Positions 45,578 through 55,245 of a DNA stretch of 64,000 nucleotides are shown here, in pieces. The DNA lies in NCBI GenBank assembly GCA_964392895.1, contig CAYMRL010000002.1, positions 436,295 to 500,294 on the forward strand. Reading direction: 5' to 3'. How positions within the stretch are numbered: the first letter of the stretch is position 1; every line of letters begins with the position of its first letter. The translations under genes were made by a program, and so were the position numbers. Under the pieces are notes generated by a model. That model searched no databases. It was not told where the DNA came from and saw only the letters and a program-made list of their open reading frames with translations. Origin of the DNA: an uncultured bacterium (lineage in GTDB: Bacteria; Deinococcota; Deinococci; Deinococcales; Trueperaceae).

Positions 45578-45585
45578 TCTTGTCC

Positions 45586-46401
45586 TCAGATCAGCTTCGA
45601 GCGGGCCCAGACAGAGAGCCCGTCGATGAGCAGGACGACGGCGAAGATGACGAGGATCAGCATCCCCAGTCCGGGGTAGTCGAAGAAGTTCATGAACCGC
45701 TGCAGCAGGAAGCCGATGCCGCCGGCGCCGACGAAGCCGAGCACCACCGAGGCGCGCACGTTGATCTCGAACGCGTAGAGCACGAACGAGGTCATGGTGG
45801 CGGCGACCTGGGGCCACACGCCGTAGACGATGGTGCGGTTGCGCCCCGCGCCGACCGCCCTCAGGGCCTCGAGGGGACCGGGATCGGCCGCCTCGACGGT
45901 CTCACTGCCGAGTTTGGCGAGCACGCCGACCGTGAAGAACGTCAGCGCGATGACGCCGGGTAAGGCGCCGAGACCGACGATCGGCACGAAGATGGCGGCC
46001 CACAGCAGGTCAGGGATGCTGCGCAGCACCGTCAGCAAGGTGCGGGCGATCCACATCGAGACGGGGTCGAGAGCTGTGTTGGCGGAGGCGAGGAAGATCA
46101 GCGGTAGCGCTATGAGCGTCCCCACGATGGTGGCGACGTAGGCGATCTGCAGCGTCTCGACCAGCGGTCCCCAGATCATCGGCAGCGCGGTCGGGTCGGG
46201 GGTCATGCGGCCGAAGAAGCGGAAGAAGTCGCTGGCGCCGGTGAACAGCGCGGGCAGGTTGAACGCCGTCTGCCGGTACGCCAGCACGAACAGGGCCACT
46301 ACTATCGCGACCGTGCCGAGCGACTTCAGCCGACCCACCATGGGCGGCTTCGGCAGCGCGGTCACCGAGGCGCCAGCGCCTGACGGCCGCGGTTCAGGCA
46401 C
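45586..46401 (-). CDS. phnE: Phosphonate ABC transporter permease PhnE
   Basis: 271 aa PhnE family (IWGPLVETLQIAYVATIVGTLIALPL). Confidence 0.75.
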   Translation of the reverse strand: MPEPRPSGAGASVTALPKPPMVGRLKSLGTVAIVVALFVLAYRQTAFNLPALFTGASDFFRFFGRMTPDPTALPMIWGPLVETLQIAYVATIVGTLIALPLIFLASANTALDPVSMWIARTLLTVLRSIPDLLWAAIFVPIVGLGALPGVIALTFFTVGVLAKLGSETVEAADPGPLEALRAVGAGRNRTIVYGVWPQVAATMTSFVLYAFEINVRASVVLGFVGAGGIGFLLQRFMNFFDYPGLGMLILVIFAVVLLIDGLSVWARSKLI

Positions 46402-47167
46402 CGCGGATGTCCTTGCTGTGGTCGATCGGGCGCCCGTAGATGTCCTCGAAGACCTTGTCGGAGGCGTCCTCGGGCGGACCGTCGTAGACGATGAGGCCGT
46501 CGCGCATGCCGACGATGCGGTCGGCGTACTCGCGCGCCATGTCGATGAAGTGCAGGTTGACGATCGTCGTGATCCCGTCCTCGCGCGCGATGCGCTTCAG
46601 GTCGCGCATGACCGAGTGCGAGGTGGGCGGGTCCAAGCTGGCGACGGGCTCGTCGGCGAGCATCACCGACGGCTTCTGCGCCAACGCGCGCGCGATGCCG
46701 ACGCGCTGCTGCTGGCCGCCGGAGAGCGCGTCGGCGCGCACGAACGCCTTCTCGGGTATGCCCACGCGGCCGAGGCACTCGTGAGCCAGGGCCAGGTCGG
46801 ACGTCGGGAACATGCCGAGCACGCCGCGCCAGGCGGGCAGGTCGCCGAGGCGCCCCGCCAAGACGTTGCGGAGCACACCGGAGCGCTTCACGAGGTTGAA
46901 GGTCTGGAAGATCATGCCGACGTCGCTGCGGATCTCGCGCAGCTCGCGGCCGCGCGCTCGCGTCACGTTGCGCCCGTCGACGATCACGTTGCCTGCAGAC
47001 GGCACTACCAGGTTGTTGACGGTGCGGATCAGCGTCGACTTGCCCGCGCCGGAGAGGCCGACGATCACCACGAACTGCCCGCGAGGAACCTCCAGGCTCA
47101 CGCCTTTGAGCGCCTTCAGGCCAGTCCTGTAGGTGACTTCGACACCATCGAAGACGATGTGAGACAC
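46394..47167 (-). CDS. phnC: Phosphonate ABC transporter ATP-binding protein PhnC
   Basis: VIVGLSGAGKSTLIRTVNNL Walker A, LSGGQQQRVGIARAL signature, and the PhnC-typical N-terminal region. Confidence 0.85.
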   Translation of the reverse strand: MSHIVFDGVEVTYRTGLKALKGVSLEVPRGQFVVIVGLSGAGKSTLIRTVNNLVVPSAGNVIVDGRNVTRARGRELREIRSDVGMIFQTFNLVKRSGVLRNVLAGRLGDLPAWRGVLGMFPTSDLALAHECLGRVGIPEKAFVRADALSGGQQQRVGIARALAQKPSVMLADEPVASLDPPTSHSVMRDLKRIAREDGITTIVNLHFIDMAREYADRIVGMRDGLIVYDGPPEDASDKVFEDIYGRPIDHSKDIRGA

Positions 47168-47259
47168 GTGCGAGAGTACAACGGAAAGGCGCAGCGGCGA
47201 TAGCCACTGCGCCTCTCTCGCTGCGGTGCAATCCCGCAGGCTACTGCTGTTTCAGATGC

Positions 47260-48141
47260 TCAGCGCTGGAAGGTGCGCGAGACCTCGCGGACGATGTCGT
47301 AGGCCGAGGCTTCGATCGGGGCGAACGCCGTCACGTTGAACAGGGTCTGGGTCAGAACCTTGCCCTCTTCGGTGTTGGCGATGTCGATGAGCGCGTCGGC
47401 GATCTGCTGCTTCAGCGTCGAGTCGAGGCCGGCGCGGACGACGGCGCCGTCGTTGGGGATGTAGTCGGAGTAGCCGAGGATGCAGACGACTTCCTTGACG
47501 TCGGCGTAGTCGGCCTCGATGGTCTCGCGGCCGTCGGAGCCGGGCGAGCCGCCGAAGGTCACGCTGACGTCGACGTCACCGAGGTAGACGGCGAGGGCCG
47601 AGGCGTCGTGCGAGCCGGTGAAGACCGAGGTCATCTCCGTGTCGGGGTTGATGCCGTACGTGGTGGACAGGGTGACGTAGGGGAACTGGTAGCCCGAGGC
47701 GGAGCCGGGGTCGACGAAGCCGATGGTGCGGCCGCGGAGCTGCTCGAACTCGGTGATGCCGCTGTCGCAGCGCACGTTGAACTGCGCGCGGTAGCTGGTG
47801 GCGCCCTGGCGGACCGAGGCGAGGATGACCTCGGCGCCGTAGGCGTCGACGGCCTGCACGAGAGCGGCGGGGCCGAAGAGGCCGATGTCGACGCGGCCGG
47901 TGCCGACCGCCTCGACGAGGCCGACGAAGTTGGTGCTGACGAAGGTCTCGACGGGGATCAGCAGGCGCGAGGAGAGCATGTCGGCGATCGGGCCGAGGCT
48001 GTCGACGATCACGTTGGCTTCGCGGCTGGGGACCATGCCGAGCACCAGCTTCGAGGGGATGTCTCCGTCTTGCTGGGCGAAGCCGACGAACAGCGTGGCG
48101 GCGAGAACCACCGCTAGGACTGACTTGGTTAGACGCTTCAC
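47260..48141 (-). CDS. phnD: Phosphonate ABC transporter substrate-binding protein PhnD
   Basis: Signal peptide plus the PhnD-family fold (LVLGMVPSREANVIVDSLGPIADMLSSRL). Confidence 0.8.
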   Translation of the reverse strand: MKRLTKSVLAVVLAATLFVGFAQQDGDIPSKLVLGMVPSREANVIVDSLGPIADMLSSRLLIPVETFVSTNFVGLVEAVGTGRVDIGLFGPAALVQAVDAYGAEVILASVRQGATSYRAQFNVRCDSGITEFEQLRGRTIGFVDPGSASGYQFPYVTLSTTYGINPDTEMTSVFTGSHDASALAVYLGDVDVSVTFGGSPGSDGRETIEADYADVKEVVCILGYSDYIPNDGAVVRAGLDSTLKQQIADALIDIANTEEGKVLTQTLFNVTAFAPIEASAYDIVREVSRTFQR

Positions 48142-48286
48142 TAGTTCTCCTCCATGGGCCTAAGAGTGTCGCACCGGCGCAGGTCTTCCGAGTTGTCCCG
48201 TGAGAGAAACCCCACACCTGGGCGCTGCGTGGCCAAGATTAGCACGGTCCAAAGGGCGTCAAGGCGGACACTCCTTGAGAGAAGGT

Positions 48287-49000
48287 TCAGTCTGCGCGGA
48301 CCGCGTCGAGCCTGACGACTGCCTCTGCCAGCTCCAGGGTCGCGTCGATCAGCGGCACCTCGACGTCGGCCGGCGACAGGACCAACGGGACCTCGGTGCA
48401 GCCCGCTATCAGCGCAGCGGCTCCGGCGCCCACCAGCGACTGCGCTATCGCTATCATCTCAGCCCGCTGCCGGTCGCCGACAGCGCCCGACTTCACCTGG
48501 TAGAGCAGCTTCATGAACCGCTCGCGCAGCTCGCCTTGCGGCTCGAGCGCCGTGAAGCCTCGCTCCGCCAGCGCTGTCCGGTAGAGTCCCGCGTCGAGGG
48601 TCCCCGCTGCGGCCAGCACGCCCACGCCGGCCCGCGCAGGCACGATGCGAGAGGCGGCGTCGACCGCCGTGGCGACGATGCTGATCAGCCTCAACCCCGC
48701 TGCCGCCTCGATGTCGCTCTGGTAGGCGTGCGCCGCGTTGCATGCCATGACGAGCACCTCGACGCCTGCTGCCTTCAACCGCAGCGCCTTGTCGACGAGC
48801 GCGGGTGCGCTCGACGCGCCGCTCCCGGCGATGGAGGCGTTCCGGTTGGGCACCTCGGGATCGGCGTCGATGACCAGCCTGACGTGATCCTGATCCGCTG
48901 TCGCCCCCGTCGCTGCCGACAGCTCGATCACCTTGGCGTAGAAGTCGACGGTCGCCGCCGGGCCGAGCCCGCCTAGGACTCCGATCAGGGGGCGCCTCAT
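48287..49000 (-). CDS. Aspartate/glutamate racemase family protein
   Basis: MRRPLIGVLGGLGPAATVDFYAKVIE and a second catalytic-Cys region (IAGCTEVPLV). Confidence 0.75.
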   Translation of the reverse strand: MRRPLIGVLGGLGPAATVDFYAKVIELSAATGATADQDHVRLVIDADPEVPNRNASIAGSGASSAPALVDKALRLKAAGVEVLVMACNAAHAYQSDIEAAAGLRLISIVATAVDAASRIVPARAGVGVLAAAGTLDAGLYRTALAERGFTALEPQGELRERFMKLLYQVKSGAVGDRQRAEMIAIAQSLVGAGAAALIAGCTEVPLVLSPADVEVPLIDATLELAEAVVRLDAVRAD

Positions 49001-49995
49001 GCCAGCAGCACGTCCTGGTAGGCGTAGAGCGCGGGCGCGCCGCCTGTGTGCAGGAACACGACCCGCTCACCGCGCTCGAACCTGCCGCGGCGCACCAGGT
49101 CGATGAGCCCGGCAGCGGCTTTTCCTGTGTAGATGGGGTCGAGGAGTATCCCCTCGAGGCGCGCGAACAGCCTGACGGCCTCGACCATCGCGTCGGTCGG
49201 CAGCGAGTAGCCGGCGCCGACGTAGGCGTCGTGAACCACCACGTCGGCCGCCGTCACCGGCACGCTCGAGCCGCCGAGCTCGGCCGTGCGCCGAGCCAGG
49301 TCGAGGATCTTGGCCTCCTGCGGCGCCTTCTCCGCCCTGACGCTGATGCCGGTGACCGGGATGCCCGAGCTGGCGGCGGTGAGGCCGGCGACGATGCCGG
49401 CGTGCGTGCCGCCGCTGCCGCTGGCGGTGACCAGCGCGTCGAAGACCAGCCCCATCCCGTCGGCTTGAGCGAGCAGCTCCTGCGCGCAGGCGACGTAGCC
49501 GAGAGCCCCGAGCGGGTTCGAGCCGCCACCGGGGATGACGTAGGCGCTGCGCCCGTCGGCCGTCACCTCGTCGGCTTCACGCTGCATGGCGGCCGCCAGG
49601 TCGCTGCCGCCGGCTACGGGGGTGAGCTTCTCGGCTCCGAGCAGGTGGTAGAGGAAGTTGTTGCCGGTGGCGCCTTCCTTGTAGCTGCCGGGAACGCGCT
49701 CCTCGAGCACCAGACGACAGGCGAGCCCCTCGTGCACCGCCGCCGCCAGCGTCAGTCGGCAGTGGTTCGACTGCACCGCGCCCGTAGTTATCAGCGTGTC
49801 GGCGCCTTCGGCCAGCGCGGCGCCGACCAGGAACTCGAGCTTGCGCGTCTTGTTGCCGCCTGCGGCGAGGCCCAACAGGTCGTCGCGCTTGATCCACAGC
49901 TCCGGACCGCCGAGGTGCTCGCTGAGACGCGTCAGCGGTTCGAGGGGCGTCGGGCCGGCGGTGTAGCGGCGGCGTGGAAAGCGGTTGAGTTGCAA
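48997..49995 (-). CDS. PLP-dependent D-cysteine desulfhydrase / ACC deaminase family protein
   Basis: LWIKRDDLLGLAAGGNKTRKLEFLVGAALAEGADTLITTGAVQSNHCRLTLAAA is the fold-type II PLP enzyme signature with the Lys in GGNKTRKLE. Confidence 0.8.
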   Translation of the reverse strand: MQLNRFPRRRYTAGPTPLEPLTRLSEHLGGPELWIKRDDLLGLAAGGNKTRKLEFLVGAALAEGADTLITTGAVQSNHCRLTLAAAVHEGLACRLVLEERVPGSYKEGATGNNFLYHLLGAEKLTPVAGGSDLAAAMQREADEVTADGRSAYVIPGGGSNPLGALGYVACAQELLAQADGMGLVFDALVTASGSGGTHAGIVAGLTAASSGIPVTGISVRAEKAPQEAKILDLARRTAELGGSSVPVTAADVVVHDAYVGAGYSLPTDAMVEAVRLFARLEGILLDPIYTGKAAAGLIDLVRRGRFERGERVVFLHTGGAPALYAYQDVLLA

Positions 49996-50073
49996 GGGAG
50001 CCTCCAGTTCGACGACGATAGTAGCGTCTTACTGCACAGAGAGCCGACCGAGGTCGGTGCTATCGTTTTACCC

Positions 50074-51075
50074 GTGTCGAGCGACGTAGTCGGTCTCGAG
50101 AGTCGATTGACTGAAGACGAGTTGGAGCGGCTGTACGCTTTCGTCGAGGGCGGTTACCGCGACACCTCGGGTGGTGGTTGGCGCGCCGCTGCCGGTCGGA
50201 TCGCCAAGCGACTCGGGCTGAGGCGTACTCGACCGAAGCCAGAGAGGCGCGTCACCGTGCGTACTCTCGCCTCTCCCATCGACTCCGTCTACTCGCTGCG
50301 CTCCACCTACTTCACGGTGCAGACCAGCAAGATCCGCAACCACGCGCTGTTCGGGCACGGCCCAGGCGCGTTCAATGCTTGGGAGGCTACAGCTAGGCAG
50401 CTTGTCGGCAATCCCGACATCGCGCCTGAAGAGACCGTCCTCGCAGAGTTCAGCCGCAGGTTCCGACCCGCGAACCTCGCTGAGCTACTCTTCGAGGACC
50501 CCGTCACCCAGCTTCCGCACGACTCGAAGCTGTTCTCGCTGTCTCTCAGTGAGTACATGAGCGTTATGCCGTGGAGCGAGGATCTGAAGATGTGGCCGAA
50601 GTCCAGCGTCCCCGAACTGCGCTTGACCTCATATGGTCCCTTGAGCAGCCGGATTCTTCAGCTCGAGGTCTGGAGGCTGAAGCGCCTCGTTCGGTCGATA
50701 ATGCTGAGTGGTTACCAAGTAGATGCAGACAGCAGTGCGGGTTACTTCGTGAGCTTAGGCGATGACTACAGGTTCATGATCGCGGGTGGATTTCATCGCG
50801 CAGCGGTGGCGGCAGCCCTCGGCCTCGACGAGATTCCTGTGAGACTCGTGACTAACGCTGTCACATTGATAACTCTAGACCAGCTCCCTCTCTGGCCGCT
50901 GGTAAGGAAAGGCGTCTTCGATAGCACGAGCGCTGAGCTGATCCTAAGGAAGCTATTCGATGACGGTGGCGCCGAGATCGCGATACGCCTCGGCCTACAA
51001 CCGCATTCGGCGTCTACCGCGTCGTGCGAGCCAACCGCTCTTGTAGAGGTCGTCGGTTGGGACGCACGAGTATGA
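50074..51075 (+). CDS. Hypothetical protein with a C-terminal ParB/Srx-like motif, in a lower-GC gene
   Basis: SIMLSGYQVDADSSAGYFVSLGDDYRFMIAGGFHRAAVAAALGLDEIPVRLV parallels the ParB N-terminal domain block (SI..G...V.LGDG.YELIAGERRWRAA.LAGL.EIP) but lacks the GERR arginines. GC about 58% versus about 68% for neighbours, with atypical codons. Start is either GTG at 50074 or TTG at 49990. Confidence 0.45.
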   Translation: MSSDVVGLESRLTEDELERLYAFVEGGYRDTSGGGWRAAAGRIAKRLGLRRTRPKPERRVTVRTLASPIDSVYSLRSTYFTVQTSKIRNHALFGHGPGAFNAWEATARQLVGNPDIAPEETVLAEFSRRFRPANLAELLFEDPVTQLPHDSKLFSLSLSEYMSVMPWSEDLKMWPKSSVPELRLTSYGPLSSRILQLEVWRLKRLVRSIMLSGYQVDADSSAGYFVSLGDDYRFMIAGGFHRAAVAAALGLDEIPVRLVTNAVTLITLDQLPLWPLVRKGVFDSTSAELILRKLFDDGGAEIAIRLGLQPHSASTASCEPTALVEVVGWDARV

Positions 51076-51139
51076 TCGGCGAACCTGACGACGGGGCAGG
51101 CGCTGGCCGATGCAGTCGAGCGGCGCCAGGAAGTGACTT

Positions 51140-52150
51140 GTGAGCGACTCTGGCGTTTTCACCACAGTAGCTGTAGGGCTTGACGCGGCAGGACACTCAG
51201 GCATCGAGCGTAACCCGGGCATGGAGTTAGAGCTCGACTGGGTGCGTGACGCGCGCGTCAACCGGAGCGCGGTGGAGCGCCGCGCGGCCACGCTCACCAC
51301 GCGCCGCAGCGTCAAGAAGGATTGGCAGGCCGCCTGGCTGCTCAAGGCGATAACGGTCATGGACCTGACGACGCTCGCCGGCGACGACACGCCCGGCCGC
51401 GTCAGGCGCCTGTGCGCCAAGGCGGTGAGACCGGTCCGCGACGACCTGCTCGCAGCCATGGGCGTCGCCGACCTGAACATCAAGGTCGGCGCCGTGTGCG
51501 TCTACCACGAGATGGTGCCGACCGCCGTCGACGCGCTGCGCGGCAGCGGCGTGCCGGTCGCCGCTGTGTCGACGGGCTTTCCCGCCGGCCTCTCGCCCTT
51601 GAGCACGCGCATCGAGGAGATACGCCGCTCGGTCGCGGCGGGTGCTGACGAGATCGACATCGTCATCTCGCGGCGCCACGCCCTCACTCAGGACTGGCAG
51701 GCGCTCTACGACGAGGTGAAGGCGTTCCGCGAAGCCTGCGGCGACGCGCACCTCAAGGCGATCCTCGCCACAGGTGAGCTCGGCACCCTGCGCAACGTGA
51801 TGCGCGCCAGCCTGGTCGCGATGATGGCGGGCGCCGACTTCATCAAGACCTCGACGGGCAAGGAGACCGAGAACGCGACCCTGCCCGTCAGCCTCGTGAT
51901 GGTCAGGGCCATCCGCGCGTACTTCGAGCGCACGGGCCACCTGGTCGGGTTCAAGCCCGCGGGCGGCTTGCGCAGCGCCAAGGACGCCATGGCGTGGCTG
52001 ATCCTGATGAAAGAGGAACTCGGGAGGCGCTGGCTCGAGCCCGACCTACTGCGCTTCGGTGCCAGCTCGCTGCTCGGCGACATCGAGCGGCAGTTGGAGC
52101 ATCACGTGACCGGCAGGTACTCCGCCTCGTACCGCCACCCACTCGCATGA
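51140..52150 (+). CDS. deoC: Deoxyribose-phosphate aldolase, long DERA type
   Basis: Colinear with eukaryotic-type DERA: KKDWQAAWLLKAITVMDLTTLAGDDTPGRVRRLC...ADFIKTSTGKE contains the Schiff-base Lys. Start is GTG at 51140 or ATG at 51221. Confidence 0.85.
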   Translation: MSDSGVFTTVAVGLDAAGHSGIERNPGMELELDWVRDARVNRSAVERRAATLTTRRSVKKDWQAAWLLKAITVMDLTTLAGDDTPGRVRRLCAKAVRPVRDDLLAAMGVADLNIKVGAVCVYHEMVPTAVDALRGSGVPVAAVSTGFPAGLSPLSTRIEEIRRSVAAGADEIDIVISRRHALTQDWQALYDEVKAFREACGDAHLKAILATGELGTLRNVMRASLVAMMAGADFIKTSTGKETENATLPVSLVMVRAIRAYFERTGHLVGFKPAGGLRSAKDAMAWLILMKEELGRRWLEPDLLRFGASSLLGDIERQLEHHVTGRYSASYRHPLA

Positions 52151-52220
52151 GTGGGCGCGCTCGCATGAGCGGAACTGCTCGCATGACCGCGCCCGCGCGC
52201 AAACCGAACTGGAGCCGAGC

Positions 52221-54653
52221 ATGAGCATCAAGGAGATCTTCAGCAGCATGGAGTACGGGCCGGCTCCCGAGGCCGCCGACGTCGCCGAGGCCTGGCTGGA
52301 GCGCTTCGGCCGCCGCTTCGGCCACTTCATCGACGGGCGCTTCACCAGGCCGGCCTCAAGTGCGGCCGGTGCGACCTTCGCGACGTACCACCCCGGCGAC
52401 GGGCGCGAGCTGGCGCAGGTCTCGCAGGGCTCGGCGCGCGACGTCGACCAGGCGGTCAAGGCCGCGCGCAAGGCGCTGCCGGCCTGGCGCGAGATCGGCG
52501 GGCACGCCCGCGCGCGCTATCTCTACGCGCTGGCGCGCCACGTCCAGAAGCATGCGCGGCTCCTCGCGGTCCTCGAGTCCCTGGACAACGGCAAACCCAT
52601 CCGCGAGACCCGCGACATAGACGTCCCCCTGGTCGCGCGGCACTTCTATCACCACGCAGGTTGGGCGCAGCTACTCGACACCGAGTTTCCCGGCTACCGC
52701 GGCGTCGGCGTCTGCGGCCAGGTGATCCCCTGGAACTTCCCGTTGTTGATGCTGGCTTGGAAGGTCGCGCCGGCCTTGGCCGCCGGCAACACAGTCGTCC
52801 TGAAGCCAGCTGAGTTCACCTCGCTGACAGCCCTGGCGTTCGCTGAGCTCGCCGCCGAGGTCGGACTGCCGCCCGGTGTCCTCAACATCGTCACCGGTGA
52901 CGGTGCCACGGGTGCCGCGCTGGTGGGCCACGACGGACTCGACAAGGTCGCGTTCACCGGCTCGACCGAGGTCGGCCGCGCCATCCGCCAGGCCACCGCA
53001 GGTCGCGGGCTCAAGCTCTCCCTCGAGCTCGGTGGCAAGTCCCCGTTCATCGTGTTCGACGACGCGGACTTAGACAGCGCCGTCGAGGGCGTCGTCGACG
53101 CCATCTGGTTCAACCAGGGCCAGGTCTGTTGCGCTGGCAGTCGCCTGCTGGTGCAGGAGAGCGTGGCTGCCAAGGTCGAGCACAAGCTGCGCGAGCGCAT
53201 GGAGTCGCTGCGCGAGGGGCCGTCGCTCGACAAGGGGATCGACATCGGGGCGATCATCGCGCCGGTGCAGCTCTCCAAGATCGAGCGCCTGGTCGAGCAG
53301 GGCAAGGCGGAGGGCGCGCACTGCTACCAACCGAGCTGGTCGGCGCCCAAGGACGGCTGGTACTACCCGCCTACGCTGTTCACGAACGTAGCGCCCGCCG
53401 CGACCATCGCGCAGGAGGAGATCTTCGGGCCTGTCATCGTCAGCATGACGTTCAGGACCCCAGCCGAGGCGGTCGAGCTCGCCAACGACAGCCGTTACGG
53501 CCTGGCCGCCAGCGTGTGGACAGAGAACGTGAACCTCGCGCTCGACATCGCTCCGCAGCTCAAGGTCGGCGTGGTGTGGGTCAACTGCACCAACCAGTTC
53601 GACGCCGCCGCCGGCTTCGGTGGGTACAAGGAGAGCGGGTTCGGTCGCGAAGGTGGGCGCGAGGGGATGTACGAGTACCTGGTGCCTGCCTGGGAGGCGG
53701 ACCTGCCCAAGTACACGGCGGACGACCTCGTCGTGCCGGCCGGAGGCGACGACCTCGACGCAGGGCTCTCCGGTGTGGCCGGCGTTCCAGGCGTACCCGG
53801 CATGCCCGGCATCGATCGCACCCCGAAGCTCTACATAGGCGGCGCCCAGAAGCGCCCCGATGGCAACTACAGCTACCCGGTCCTCGGCGCGGACGGCTCG
53901 CGCGTCGGGGAGGCTCCGCTCGGCAACCGCAAGGACATCCGCGACGCGGTGGAGGCTGCGGTCAAGTCCGCCGGCTGGTCGAAGGCGACGGCGCACGGCC
54001 GCGCTCAGGTCCTCTACTACCTCGCCGAGAACCTCGCACTGCGCGCTCCCGAGTTCGAGGGCCGCCTGCGTGCCATGACCGGTGCCTCACGCCGCGCCGC
54101 CGCCCGCGAGGTGGAGACGAGCGTAGAGAGGCTCTTCACCTACGCTGCCTACGCCGACAAGTACGACGGCGTCGTGCACCCGACGCCGATGCGCAACGTG
54201 ACCCTCGCCATGAACGAGCCCTGGGGCGTGCTGGCCGTCGTCTGCCCTGACGAGGCGCCGCTGCTGGCGTTCGTATCGCTGGTGGCCCCGGCGTTGGCGA
54301 TGGGCAACCGCGTGGTGGCGGTGCCATCGGCGCGCTGGCCCCTGGCGGCCACCGACCTCTACCAGGTGATCGACACCTCCGACCTGCCGGGCGGCTCGAT
54401 CAACATCGTCACCGGCGTAAGGGACGAGCTGGCCAAGACCCTGGCTCAGCACGACGGCGTCGATGGCATGTGGTACGTGGGCTCAGCCGCCGGTAGCAAG
54501 ATGGTCGAGCGCGAGAGCGCAGGCAACCTCAAGGCGACCTGGGTCAACTCGGGTAAGCGCCGCGACTGGCTCGACCCGGCTCAGGGTGAGGGTCGCGAGT
54601 ACTTGCGGCGTGCCACCCACGTCAAGAACATCTGGGTGCCTTACGGGGAGTGA
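52221..54653 (+). CDS. Aldehyde dehydrogenase fused to a second, partial ALDH-like domain (810 aa)
   Basis: Domain 1 (about 1-480) is a complete ALDH with VIPWNFPLLM, LELGGKSP and catalytic Cys QGQVCCAGSR. A GVPGVPGMPG linker precedes domain 2, which resembles only the NAD-binding half (GVLAVVCPDEAPLL...GNRVVAVPS...GSINIVTG) without a catalytic Cys/Glu. Confidence 0.8.
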   Translation: MSIKEIFSSMEYGPAPEAADVAEAWLERFGRRFGHFIDGRFTRPASSAAGATFATYHPGDGRELAQVSQGSARDVDQAVKAARKALPAWREIGGHARARYLYALARHVQKHARLLAVLESLDNGKPIRETRDIDVPLVARHFYHHAGWAQLLDTEFPGYRGVGVCGQVIPWNFPLLMLAWKVAPALAAGNTVVLKPAEFTSLTALAFAELAAEVGLPPGVLNIVTGDGATGAALVGHDGLDKVAFTGSTEVGRAIRQATAGRGLKLSLELGGKSPFIVFDDADLDSAVEGVVDAIWFNQGQVCCAGSRLLVQESVAAKVEHKLRERMESLREGPSLDKGIDIGAIIAPVQLSKIERLVEQGKAEGAHCYQPSWSAPKDGWYYPPTLFTNVAPAATIAQEEIFGPVIVSMTFRTPAEAVELANDSRYGLAASVWTENVNLALDIAPQLKVGVVWVNCTNQFDAAAGFGGYKESGFGREGGREGMYEYLVPAWEADLPKYTADDLVVPAGGDDLDAGLSGVAGVPGVPGMPGIDRTPKLYIGGAQKRPDGNYSYPVLGADGSRVGEAPLGNRKDIRDAVEAAVKSAGWSKATAHGRAQVLYYLAENLALRAPEFEGRLRAMTGASRRAAAREVETSVERLFTYAAYADKYDGVVHPTPMRNVTLAMNEPWGVLAVVCPDEAPLLAFVSLVAPALAMGNRVVAVPSARWPLAATDLYQVIDTSDLPGGSINIVTGVRDELAKTLAQHDGVDGMWYVGSAAGSKMVERESAGNLKATWVNSGKRRDWLDPAQGEGREYLRRATHVKNIWVPYGE

Positions 54654-54809
54654 AGACCGCCTGACTGTTAACGCCCCCTGAACACGACCGGGACCAATGT
54701 CCCGTTCGCCGCTCACTGCCGTCTCGTAGCTTGTTGGAGTTGCCGGCCTCGGCCGCGGTCGGCTCTGACAACGTCCATGCGGCCTCATCACCACTTTCAG
54801 GAGGGCATC

Positions 54810-55226
54810 ATGTCCAGAGCAGTCAAGTTCCTACTCGCCGGTCTCGTAGCGCTCACCTTCGCCTTCGGCTCGGCGCAGGATGCCGAGCCGACCGTCTCGT
54901 TCACCCTCGTCGGCGGCGTCGGCGCCATGGGCTTCGAGTTCACCGGCGTCGGTGGCGACATCGACGGTGTCCGCAACCCTGACCTCAACGTCAAGGTCGG
55001 CGACGTGGTCGAGATCGTGCTGGTCAACGGCGACGGCATGGTCCACGACTGGGTCGTCCAGGCGTTGGAGCTGGCCAGCGACAAGGTGCGCGTCAAGGAC
55101 GAATCAGTCAGCTTCGTGTTCACCGCGACCGAAGCCGGCACCTTCATCTACATGTGCACCGAGCCCGGCCACGCGCTTCCCGATGCCAACTACGGCATGT
55201 TCGGGAACCTCATCGTCTCGGAGTAA
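54810..55226 (+). CDS. Secreted cupredoxin (type-1 blue copper protein)
   Basis: Signal peptide (MSRAVKFLLAGLVALTFAFGSAQ) and copper ligands in HDW...YMCTEPGH...M (Cys-X-X-X-His...Met). GGAGGG RBS. Confidence 0.7.
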   Translation: MSRAVKFLLAGLVALTFAFGSAQDAEPTVSFTLVGGVGAMGFEFTGVGGDIDGVRNPDLNVKVGDVVEIVLVNGDGMVHDWVVQALELASDKVRVKDESVSFVFTATEAGTFIYMCTEPGHALPDANYGMFGNLIVSE

Positions 55227-55245
55227 CCTCGCCTGGCGGGAGCTT

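Noticed and set aside
49048-50073. The 5' 1 kb of the 675-aa plus-strand ORF that continues into the ParB-like gene.
   Set aside because: This part is antisense to the dcyD-like gene with a junk-like translation. The real gene most likely starts at GTG 50074 or TTG 49990, after dcyD ends.
53740-53830. Collagen-like GVAGVPGVPGMPG repeat inside the ALDH fusion.
   Set aside because: Short Pro/Gly linker between domains, not an independent repeat protein.
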